Of a stretch of DNA of 64,000 bases, positions 1-10,551 are shown piece by piece. A model generated the notes under the pieces. That model saw nothing but the letters and a program-made list of their open reading frames with translations, searched no databases and had not been told where the DNA came from. This DNA is from Takakia lepidozioides (taxonomy: Eukaryota; Plantae; Bryophyta): assembly GCA_030704615.1 (NCBI GenBank), contig CM060732.1, positions 1,488,001 to 1,552,000 of the forward strand. Direction: 5' to 3'. Position 1 is the first letter of the stretch; every line of letters starts with the position of its first letter. The translations under genes were made by a program, and so were the position numbers.

Positions 1-3000
1 CTCAGGTTCATTTTCATGATCCAACAGCATAGGTGGCGGACGCAACACTTGATGCCGATTCGGACGCGCTTCATCTTTGAAGTAAGGCTTCAAAAGGGAG
101 ACATGGAATACTGGGTGCACCTTGCTGTTTGCCGGCAGCTCCAATTCATACACATCCTCATTCATAACCTTCCGAATGCGAAAGGGTCCCGCATACGGAG
201 GTACGAACTTCGGACTCACTTCCGGAGGTAGTCGGAAATTCTTGATGTTCAACCAGACCTCTGTGCCTGCCTCAAACTTCACTTCCCTCCGCTTCCGATT
301 CGCCTGCCTTTCATACCGTTTCCTAGCTTTGGCAATGTTGTACTTTGCGAGCTTCAACAAACGCTCGCGTTCTTCCAGTACCGCCGCTACTGCCGGTTCC
401 TCAACGTCCTGGGCGGCCCAACTTGTCGGCACCAGAGGTGCTTTTCCATAGACCAATACGAAAGGGGAAACTCCCGTTGCGGAGTGTTCTGTGTTATTAT
501 AACAGAACTCTGCCGCGTCTAAGTGTTCCATCCAGTCTGATTGGTCTGCCGACACGTAATTCCGCAAGAATTGCTTCACTACGGAATTCACTCTTTCCGT
601 TTGGCCGTCCGTCGTAGGTCGGAAGGCGGTGCTCATCTTCAGCCTCGTCCCCATCTTCTTCCAAAGTGCCTCCAAAATTTACTCGTAAACTTTGGATCGC
701 GGTCCGAGACAATATCCTTCGGGACTCCATGATGCTTTAAGACGTGGGCGAAGTAAAGTCGCCCTGTCTCCTGCGCCGTTGCCGTCTCCTTGGTGGGGAT
801 GAAATGGCCCATTTTACTGAACCTATCCACCACCACCATGATTGCATCGAATCCTTTTGACAGCGGCATAGCAGTCATGAAATCCATCGAGACGCTTTCC
901 CAAGTCCCCTCTGGAATCGGCAAGGGTTGTAACAGCCCCGCTTGCTTTTTGTACTCGCTCCGGTTTTGTTGGCATGTGGTGCATGTCTTGACATACTCCT
1001 CTGCCTCCTCCCTCAGTTTGGGCCAGAAATACTCTTTCTTCAAGAGTGCCGCAGTGCGCTTGGCTCCGCCGTGGCCCGCAAGCGGGCTATCATGGCATTC
1101 TCTCAAGAGGCTATCTCTGATCCCTCCCTTCGGCACGTAGAGACGCTTTTGCTTATACCGGAGCAGTCCATTTTGCAAGTGGAACTGCGATTTAACCCCC
1201 ATCCTCAAGTCCTGCATCACGGACTTCGCCAGCTCATCCTTCCGGATCTTCCTTTGGAGCGCCGTCTCGCCCTTGTACACCAACAAGAGCTGCTGCTTTC
1301 TACTTAAAGCATCGGCCACCACGTTGTCTCGTCCCGGTTTGTACTGGATATCCACGTCGAACACCGCCAAAGTATCTTGCCACCTAAGTTGTTTTGGGGA
1401 CAACTTGGGCTGCGTGGCAAAATACTTCACCGTGACATTGTCCGTGAACACCTTCACTGGGTTGGAACCAACATAGTGGCGCCAAAGCTCAAGACAGTGC
1501 ACCACCGCCTTCATCTCTTTTTCGTGCGTCGGCCACCGTCGCTCCACTTCATTCAGTTTCTTACTTTCGTAAGCCACTGGACGTCCATCTTGCATAAGTA
1601 CACCCCCAATCGCGAAGTCCGACGCATCTGTATGAATCTCGAACGGACGATCGAACTCCGGGATTTTCAAGACTGGAGCTTCCGCCATCCGCTGCTTCAA
1701 TTCAGCAAAAGCTTGGCCACAAAAGGTGTTCCATGCCCAGACTTTGGATTTACACAGAAGGTCTGACAGCGGCCCCGCGATCTTGGCGAAATTTCTCACA
1801 TACTTCCGGTAATAGGAGGCGAGTCCTAGGAAGGATCGCACTCCCGGGACCGAAGTCGGAGGCTCCCAGTCCAAGATCGCCCTCACCTTTCTGTCATCCA
1901 TTTTGATCCCATCCTGTGTAATCACATGCCCCAGGAACTCCACTTTTGTGACCCCGAATTCGCACTTTGAAGCTTTGGCATACAGCTTCCCTTCTCGCAA
2001 TTTCTGGAACACCCTTTTGAGGTGCTCCAGGTGCTCCTCCTTTGTTTTCGAGTACACCAAGATGTCGTCGATGTACACGATCACAAAGTCATCCAACCAC
2101 TCCTGAAAAAGGCTGTTTCAGCGTGCTAAATGTCGCTGGTGCATTGGTGAGCCCAAAAGGCATCACCAAGAACTCATATGAACCATACCTTGTCCTGCAC
2201 GCGGTCTTCTCCTCATCTCCTTCCGCCACCCGAATTTGATGATAGCCGGAGCGCAAGTCGATCCGGCTGAAATACTTCGCTCCTGCCAACCGATCGAAGA
2301 GGTCGTCGATCCTTGGCAAAGGGTACCGGTTTTTGATAGTCACCTTATTCAGAGCCCTGTAATCGACACACATCCGCAGCGTCCCATCCTTCTTGTCTGC
2401 GAATAGCACCGGGGCTCCGTAAGGTGACTTACTCGGCCGGATGTACCCCTTTGACATTAGATCCTTGAGCTGAGTCTTCAGCTCGACCAACTCTCTGTGG
2501 CTCAACCGGTAGGGGGTGCCTTGGCAGGCGGTTCCGATCCCGGTATCACCTCAATCTTGTGGTCAACTCCTCTTCGCGGTGGCAAGCCGCTTGGTAAATC
2601 CTCCGGCATCACATCCTGGTATTTCTCCAAAATCCCCTTGATCCAATCTGGGCTCGGCTCCCCATCGCCTTCTCCCTTCACTTCTCTAATGTAAAGCAAA
2701 AACTGGGGCTCGTGTGCCTCCTCCACGGCCCACTCCCTTGCTGACAGAAGGTTTATTCGCCCTCCCACGGATTTGGGCGTTTCCGACACTCGTAAGACCT
2801 CGCCACCATTCCCACATGGCAGCGTGACTACTCTCTTGCGGCCATCTATGACCGCTCCGGATTTGCTCAAAAAGGTCATCCCCAAAATGAGATCCACTCC
2901 ATCGATCTCGCAGATGGTGAAGTTCTCACGTCCCTCCCAACTCCCCAGTTGAAGAGGAACATCAAACGCCAACCTTGTCGCCAACTGTGGTTCTCCTTTG

Positions 3001-4370
3001 GCAGAACGCACCTCAATAGAGGCCCCCACGTCACTTGTCGGGAGTCCCAGCTTTTGTGCCGTTGCCGGTGTCATGAAGGAGTGCGACGCTCCTGTGTCCA
3101 CCAACAACGACACGTTAGTTCCGGATATTATCCCATCCACGAACAATAACTGACTCCCTTTTCGTAAGGCGCCAGTTTCCTGATACAACTCACAAGAAAA
3201 TTGCCTACCTTGCAAGTCCTGGCGACCACCGCTTCCACCAAGCGACTGATGGTATCTTCCGACAGCTCCGTGGTCGCCCGAGTCATGTTCAATTGCCGGG
3301 GCTTCGTGCACTTCTTGGCCATGTGCCCGGGCTCCCCGCAATTGAAACACACTCCATCAAAGGTCGCCTTCTGTCCGCCATAAGCCGCTCCACCCGCTTT
3401 TCCTTTCGAAGCACCGGGTGCCGCCTTGACGTGTGAAGGCCCTCCCTTCGATTTCCACGTGCCATTGTCGCCGCGTGGCCTATCCCACTTCTTTTCCGGT
3501 CGGAAGGAGTCACCTTCCCGCCGGGTCTTCTTGTGGTTCAGCTCCGTACGGCCTTGTCTCTCACCCCTAGGGACATCTCGAAAAACATTCAGCCCTCTCA
3601 ATTGCCTCGTTCAAAGTCTTGGGTGGCTTCTCCTCCAACTTCCGCCTGGCCCATGGGGCCAGTCCCGCCACAAAGTTGAAGACCATTTCTGGTTCTGCCA
3701 TGTCCGCGACTTCGAGCAACAGCACATTGAAAGCCTGGACATACCCCCGAATGTCATCTGTTTGCTTCAAATTCCTCATCTTGTCCCGGGCAAGCCAGGA
3801 CGCGTTGAGGGGCACAAACTGTCTCTTCATCAATTCCTTGAACCCACTCCAGTTCAAGGTTTCCGGGCTTGGGCCTCGGTCGTGAAGGCGTTTCTGCCAC
3901 CATTGTTGAGCATAGCCCCTCAAATAGGTGGGAGCCACTTCCACCCGATCCTCGTCACTCAACTTGGCCGCCCGGAAGTACTGCTCTAGCTCCAAGAGCC
4001 AGGTGTTGAGTGCCTTCCGATTTCGGACGCCCTCGAAGGTGCCGGGTTCCTTAGGCTTCACCTTAAACTTTGCCTTAGTGGAAGTGGCATTAGCCGCCTT
4101 CAACACGTCTTTCAACGTCCCGCCAAACTGCGCCAACAACCCTTCCCAAAAGGCTGCCGGCATGGGAGGCATCTGTTGGTTTGTCGGAGCTCTCAAGGAT
4201 TCCTCGGGCTCCGACTCCTCGGATTCCTCCCGCTCTTGAGCGGCCTCGTTTTCGGAAACATGCATCGCTTCCTCAAACGGCCGCCTCGGTGACACGTCGC
4301 CCCCATCGGGCTCACCAGGATCATCATCTTTTGGGCCGTTCCGCTTTCGCTTTGGCTTGCCCGACCCCAT
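1..4370 (-). pseudogene. gag-pol polyprotein with about five frameshifts
   Basis: Gag (3567-4370), knuckle CFNCGEPGHMAKKC, protease [23 protein letters not shown] and VYIDDILVYS, RNase H TDASDFAIGGVL, integrase HHCC and WESVSMDF...IVSDRD. Split into ORFs in different frames near 3570, 3200, 2505, 2095 and 650. Confidence 0.93.
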
Positions 4371-4411
4371 GATGAGGCCAATCCCAAGGACGATCGCGTA
4401 CTGAACTCTAA

Positions 4412-4423
4412 GCTCTGATACCA
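4412..4423 (-). promoter_or_regulatory. Primer-binding site, initiator tRNA-Met
   Basis: Minus strand reads TGGTATCAGAGC, 2 nt after the LTR end ...GCGACA. Confidence 0.93.
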
Positions 4424-4425
4424 AG

Positions 4426-5143
4426 TGTCGCGCACCTCACTTCGGTAAGCTCCCCTTCAAGTCATAGTTACTCGCTTTGATGCGCGCGCCTGACTCCCAA
4501 CCTGGCCGCCGGGCCAACTTGGAGCTTCGGCTGCTCACCGGGACATAACGGTCCCCCCTTCGCTTCCCACTAAACCCTCCACCTATTTGGACTAGCGGAA
4601 TTCCCTTTGGTAGATGGCAGTCCGGAACAGCTCCCCACTCTTTGGTCGCTTTCCGGCTCGCTCGCTTACTCACTAGTTTTTGGTCACCAACGGGCTTGCA
4701 CCGTTCTCGGGGTTACTACTCCCTATATATACTTCTGTAGCTGTCCGCGGGGGTTTCACAACCAGCCATGCCATTTTATGGCGAACCACCACGAAAACCC
4801 TCGACTCCCGTGGTGAGTCGCGGTGAGTCTTGGCCCACTCACCGCGGCCCAATGGACCGTGATGAGTCCCAAGACTCCCCACGACTCCCACCACGAGGTC
4901 TCCACCCCATGGTGAGTCCTATGCCACCCCACTAAGTCCCGCTAAGCTACCACCACCCCTTGTGGAGCCACCCCCACCGCAACCCGGTGTGCGGGGCTCC
5001 ACCTAGTGAGCGCCTCCGCCTCCTTGAGTGCCTTGGGCACTCAAGGGTGCTTCAGCCCCCATACCTATCGCTGCTACTGCCCCCACCACAGGGGCAGCCC
5101 CTTGTGTCCCGACCCCCTGCCCTCAAGGCAAAGGGCCGCGACA
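4426..5143 (-). repeat. 5' LTR (718 bp)
   Basis: Termini TGTCGCG (4426) and CGCGACA (5143) form a 7-bp inverted pair next to the PBS; TATA-like tatatat near 4725. Confidence 0.88.
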
Positions 5144-5569
5144 ACTTTAGTGGTATATGGCATCGACCGATGATGCCACCTGAAACTTTCTTACCCGATC
5201 CACTGCGACAATGTCTTCAAACAACCAAAGGAATGGGCCATTTTCCTGGCAAAGATCTTTACTGGAAGAATGAGAGTCGCTCTGGATACTGGGGCACTTA
5301 AGTGCGCGTCCAAACGGCCTGTATTCCCTGGGAGAGCGGCGACTTTGTACTTGGAGAGGAGAGTAGAGACCGGGTGTTCCACCCAATTTTACATAAATTG
5401 TGCCCCGTTCAACGTGACCCTAGAACGAGAACGCTTCCAAGACTAACACATATCTAACCTCTATCATTCTGCACCATATTCCCGCACTTCCAATTCTTCC
5501 TGTGCTTACGTCTATGACATGTTGATGTAGAAGAGGGTTGCATACTATCTTACATGCTTGGAGAACTCC

Positions 5570-6777
5570 AACTCCATTGAACGGAATTCCGGTTGCATAC
5601 ATATTGTCAGCACGCAACCGAACATCAGACCTCATCCCGTGGATGTCAGCATTGCGTGATTCCCTCCTAGCAAAAAAGCCCAGTTGGCACCCAAATGCCT
5701 TCATTGTGGATGACGCTGAAGCATAAATCAATGCAATCCGGTTTGCCACAAATTTTATTGTGCTCTCTGGTATCCTGTGTGGTCTGCTCCATGGTCCGCA
5801 ATATGGTCTGTTATATGGTCTGCTTGGTGGTCTGCCCGATGTCCAACGTCATTCTCACTATGTGGTCCGTGCAGGTTTGTTTTCGCAGGAATAAGCATTT
5901 TCCTCTGCCTTTGGCATGTGCGCAAGGCCTGGGTCAAGCAATCATGCCAGAAAATCAGTGATCCGGGAACAGCCTCGAAACTGTTGGCAGATATGGGAGA
6001 CCTTATATACTGCAGAGGTGGACCTCATAAAGAAGACGAGGCTGTCAAATGGGTAAAGAAAAATTGAGGATTTAGAAAAAGAAATATCCTGCAGGTCATT
6101 TGTTTCTCCATTACATTCATGTGTACTGGGTTCCCAAGATTGCAATGTGGTGTACAGCTGCCCGGAACATTCCACATGCAAGCCAAGATACGAATGCAAG
6201 CATTGAGGCATATCACGGTAACTTAAAGGCGAGATTGAATATGGGCAAAGGGAAAATGACGGGTTGGAGAGCCGACTGGCTCATATGGGAGTTGACAGGG
6301 CGTGTTCTTATCCACTACTGGTACTCCATTCATCTGAAGACGCATGGGTTCATTCGCAACGATAAACAAGAAAAGTACATTTCCAGTGCAATATGTGCAG
6401 CCCGTGACATACCTCTGTCGCGTGTAACTTTTCCGGGCGGACCTGGTCAGCCAGCTTATGTCATCAGTTCCTCTGATCCAAACACTACCTACACGATGCA
6501 CAATCCCGAGTCGCAGTGGGCCTACTGCACATGCCCGTGGACCCTGAAAGGGAATGTGTGCAAGCACCAGGTTCAGGTCATAAAGTTGCTAAAACTAGAC
6601 CTGCAAGACGGACTGATTGTTCGTACATGCGGCACCCACCTCGGCACTGTTCACGGCGGATTGGTGAACCTGGACTCGCACGAGGACATAGGAGCATGCG
6701 ATTTCGAAAGCGGACAAGAAAATGTGCTCAATGCTCATGCTGGTTTTGACAGGAAGTTCTGTGTGGGCTCTCTCTAG
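5570..6777 (+). pseudogene. MULE/Mutator-type transposase remnant with SWIM zinc finger
   Basis: NGIPVAYILS...AFIVDDA, then LCLWHVRKAW, TNASIEAYHGNLK and SWIM YCTCPWTLKGNVCKH. Probable GT-AG intron about 5741-5875; in-frame stop and frameshift present. Confidence 0.8.
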
Positions 6778-7360
6778 GTTTTCATGTGGTGCACTGGTGG
6801 CAAAAACCTCAGACATGTGGTTTTTCCAGGAGTGTCCGTCCCCTCAACTCCCTCTTAGACTAGAAGATGCAGATGAGTTGGTGGCTGCAAGGGGCTAGAC
6901 CAGTGACCATTTGATGGACTTCTGGGTGGCTTGCAAAAAACTATCTATGCCCAAGCGTGTCTGCAGTAAAATACGTATACTGGACAGCTTCACATGGATT
7001 TGCCTTCGCGACCATTGCGCTAGATAAGGACATGGACTCACATCCATACAAATTTGGATGGAAAGAAGGTTCCCTTCCCTTGATTGTGTTGGTGTGGAAG
7101 CGCTCATTGTCCCTATTACTTTTAAGTGAGTGTTCCCTGCAACCATTATGTTATGTTGACAATGTACATGCATTCCATTTTTGTAAGTTTTTGGCTTGAG
7201 TAACTTGTTCCTATGAATGTATTATGCAGCGACCATTGGAGCGTGGTAATTTTGGAACCTTCTCGCTACCTTCACTTGAATAGCATAAGTCACAGCAGAC
7301 ACAGCCCACACAGCCAGTCACAGCCCGGCACAGCCACACCCCAGTCACCGCTTACACAGC

Positions 7361-7979
7361 TGTCACGATAATAGGAACGAAGAGTAGGACAGGGAACGAC
7401 TGTGGGGAACAACACCTGTGAAGGGAACATGTTAATTCACATACGACGGTTAGAGAGGGAAACGGTTAGAACCGCGGATAGGAGGATAAAGGAAAAACGG
7501 GGAATGAAGAGGGGATTATGATTCGGGGGGAGGATTTCGGAGTGAGACGGGAGCGGAAGTCGGTGAGCACGATGAAGGAGGAAAGAGGATTAGTAGATGC
7601 TTGTTATATGCAAAGCTGTAGGGATATTGTAGAGGAGAATAGAGACACAATGGCTTCGGCCTGATACCTGATAAATCATAATCTGATATTATACGATACA
7701 ATCACACTGTGTAGAGAGATCTGAGTGAAGCTGTGGATTGAATGGAGGAGTGAAGGAAACCGATAAATTGATGAAGCAAACTGATACTTAATTATCAATG
7801 GTAAGGTAGCTAAGATGAATGCGGAAAAGGAAACAAATAGGAAACACCCCCATGATACACTAGCTGTAGGTCATGACTGATTGTTCTGCGCGGCTGAGTA
7901 CTTAGAGATTTCCAACTCTTCTATCTTGGAGTTTCCGCCTCGGATAGCGAAGGGATGGGTGAGTAAAAGCCGCGCGACA
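7361..7979 (+). repeat. 5' LTR of a non-chromovirus Gypsy element
   Basis: Starts TGTCACG, ends CGCGACA, followed by a PBS. The last 56 bp recur almost identically at 10495-10551. Confidence 0.85.
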
Positions 7980-7981
7980 TT

Positions 7982-7999
7982 TGGCGACCATACTGGGGA
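7982..7999 (+). promoter_or_regulatory. Primer-binding site, probably tRNA-Arg type
   Basis: TGGCGACCATACTGGGGA 2 nt after the LTR end; resembles the TGGCGAC...GGGA Arg-type PBS of plant non-chromovirus Gypsy elements. Confidence 0.7.
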
Positions 8000-8006
8000 C
8001 TGGGAC

Positions 8007-8569
8007 ATGAACAACCAGATGTGACAGGCATCTGGTGGGATCATGGTGGTTGGACCATTAAAGAATTTGAAGTGAATCAAATTCCCTGTGGAACGAAGGA
8101 AGAAAGATTGTCCAAACAATTCTTTCAAAGGTTCTTGGAATTGCCAGACGGATGTAAAGAAAATATTCTTAAACGAGTGCATGATGCTGATCCAGAATGG
8201 GTCTGGAGAAAGGAGTGATAAAGATTTATCAGGTAGCCTGTAGAGGAAGAGCACGTTGGTTACCAACATTAGTTTATGTGATAGCGTTGCTATCCATTAA
8301 ACGAGTAGAGTTTGAAGGCTGGGAAAAAGAAAGGTGAATGTTTATACTCATATGCATGAAGAGCTTGTACTGGTAAAGAATTGGATTCCAAGGATATTTT
8401 GTGGATCAAACTCACACCAAGAACAAGAACAGCTTTTCAGACTTGTTTGTCATATGGTTATATGGTAACGGAGACTTCAAGTATAGCCAAGGGTGCATTG
8501 AAGCTTGAAAGAAATCCAGGCATATACGAGAGATATTACAGAAGAGAGTTTTGGTTATTGCCACATTAA
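8007..8569 (+). pseudogene. Extra ORF of unknown function between PBS and gag (copy 1, with 1-bp indels)
   Basis: Merged frames give about 185 aa: ...VTGIWWDHGGWTIKEFEVNQIPCG...YERYYRREFWLLPH*. Homologous to 59075-59438. Confidence 0.7.
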
Positions 8570-8590
8570 AAGAAATGAAAGACATGGGAC

Positions 8591-9994
8591 ATGAGTGATG
8601 AAAGAAAGCTAGACGACAAAGATATTCATCAAAAAGAGAAAGCTATCTGAAAGCTAATTATCCATATCTTTGGAGAGAGGAATAGACATAGGGGAATCAT
8701 CTGGACCTCTCACACCATCAAGATCAAAAAGTGCATCACCTATACCGGAAGAACTAGAGTTGGATCCACTCCTTCTGTTTCTTTGCAAGAAAGATTAAGG
8801 GAATTGATACAGGAAGAAGATCAATCACGAGGTGAAAGATCTGAGGTACATCCTTGGATAAAAGACTTGACAGAAATCTTTGATAAGAGTTGGCATGGAA
8901 CACCAAAAGCAGGAACTCAGTTTCTAAGCAGAAGATGAAGAAGGAGATGAGGATGTGGCAGAGCCAACGGAGAGTTCAGACTCTCCAACACCATTACAGT
9001 TGAGTTACATGAGTGAAAATAAACCCAAGGGCAGAACTTGAGGATGAAAACGGAGAGAGAATTGGAAGAGGAAGAATATGAAGAAGTAGACCCAACACTG
9101 AGGTTGAGACTACCACCAGGACATCCCAACCCGTTGGACCGGATCAGTGGAGCACTTAGATCACAGGCCAACGAAGGTTGTCGGCTCAGGGGGATCAGGC
9201 GGGGCTGCCTGGATCTGGCTCTGGGGGGACAGGGAGTGTGGGAAGTAGTGCAACTGAAGCGGAATACTGTGAATATCGTGGGGCCAGAAGCAGGGAGTGC
9301 TCAAGGGCCACCCTTGGTGGAAGATCCCCACAAAAACACCAGGTCCAGAAGGACCAGCACCAGCAAGGGTGCCAGCACCTGTCAGTGGGCAGAAGGTAGG
9401 GCCACAGATGGCGTTACAACCAACACGGGCAAAACCACCCTTTCCAATATATTCAGGAAAAGGGGATCCCGATGTACAATTAGCCAATTTGAGCAATTTG
9501 TATAGTGAACAATGAGAATGGCGATGATGCCAAGATGAGACTGTTTCCTTGTTCACTTATCAAGAAAGCAAGTGAAATGGTATGCAAGATTCCCTGATAA
9601 TCATTTCTAACCTGGAATGGCTTGAATACAGCATTTCGAAATAGGTTCAGGACAAGTAAACTGAGGATGAAGTGTATGGAAGTTTAAACAGCTGAAAGAA
9701 GAGAAGCATGAAACTGTTGAAGAGTAAATAATGGAGAAGATGGAATTGATGAAAAAGCTGGCTGCAGTACCAGCACCCGGTTTACAGAAGACTTGGGTTT
9801 GTGAGTGGACTAAGACCAGAGTTGCAGAAGAAAGTGGATATGTTACCCCATAATACAGTGGAGGAGCATTTGAAACTGCAAGACAGAATTGAGCAATTGG
9901 GAATGCTCAGAGAGAGAAAAGAAAGATGATGACTCTGAAGATGAGTCAGATGAAGAAGAAAGCAAGAACTAAAAAGAAAGAGTAATAGAAAGGA
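8591..9994 (+). pseudogene. gag N-terminal part of the non-chromovirus Gypsy element, many 1-bp deletions
   Basis: Aligns by eye with 59459-60610 (+) and with 13050-13725 (-); shared FPIYSGKGDPDV motif. Confidence 0.85.
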
Positions 9995-10494
9995 NNNNNN
10001 NNNNNNNNNNNNNNNNNNNNNNNNNNNNNNNNNNNNNNNNNNNNNNNNNNNNNNNNNNNNNNNNNNNNNNNNNNNNNNNNNNNNNNNNNNNNNNNNNNNN
10101 NNNNNNNNNNNNNNNNNNNNNNNNNNNNNNNNNNNNNNNNNNNNNNNNNNNNNNNNNNNNNNNNNNNNNNNNNNNNNNNNNNNNNNNNNNNNNNNNNNNN
10201 NNNNNNNNNNNNNNNNNNNNNNNNNNNNNNNNNNNNNNNNNNNNNNNNNNNNNNNNNNNNNNNNNNNNNNNNNNNNNNNNNNNNNNNNNNNNNNNNNNNN
10301 NNNNNNNNNNNNNNNNNNNNNNNNNNNNNNNNNNNNNNNNNNNNNNNNNNNNNNNNNNNNNNNNNNNNNNNNNNNNNNNNNNNNNNNNNNNNNNNNNNNN
10401 NNNNNNNNNNNNNNNNNNNNNNNNNNNNNNNNNNNNNNNNNNNNNNNNNNNNNNNNNNNNNNNNNNNNNNNNNNNNNNNNNNNNNNNNNNNNNN
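9995..10494. other. Assembly gap (500 N)
   Basis: Run of exactly 500 N, a typical fixed-size scaffolding spacer. Confidence 0.99.
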
Positions 10495-10551
10495 TCTTGG
10501 AGTTTCCGCCTCGGATAGCGAAGGGGATGGGTGAGTAAAAGCCGCGCGACA
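10495..10551 (+). repeat. 3' end of an LTR of the 7361-7979 family, inserted into an RT
   Basis: tcttggagtttccgcctcggatagcg...gccgcgcgaca, directly followed by the reverse complement of RT FLDDFSVY. Confidence 0.9.

Larger units (their letters stand above)
1..5143 (-). mobile_element. Ty3/Gypsy LTR retrotransposon, chromovirus-like; 3' end runs off the window
   Basis: Order on minus strand is 5' LTR, PBS, gag, CCHC, protease, RT, RNase H, integrase. Integrase C-terminus reads VHPVFHVSLLKPY...PPPMLLDHENEPE, the GPY/F-region context that usually precedes a chromodomain (the chromodomain itself would be outside the window). Confidence 0.93.

Noticed and set aside
2089-3601. Programmed ribosomal frameshifts in the chromovirus-like gag-pol
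   Set aside because: Several frame changes fall inside conserved domains such as RT, which fits decay or sequencing indels rather than recoding.
7280-7360. Homology of the ACAGC-rich tract to 62845-62895 (minus)
   Set aside because: Both are low-complexity; the similarity is too short to support common origin.
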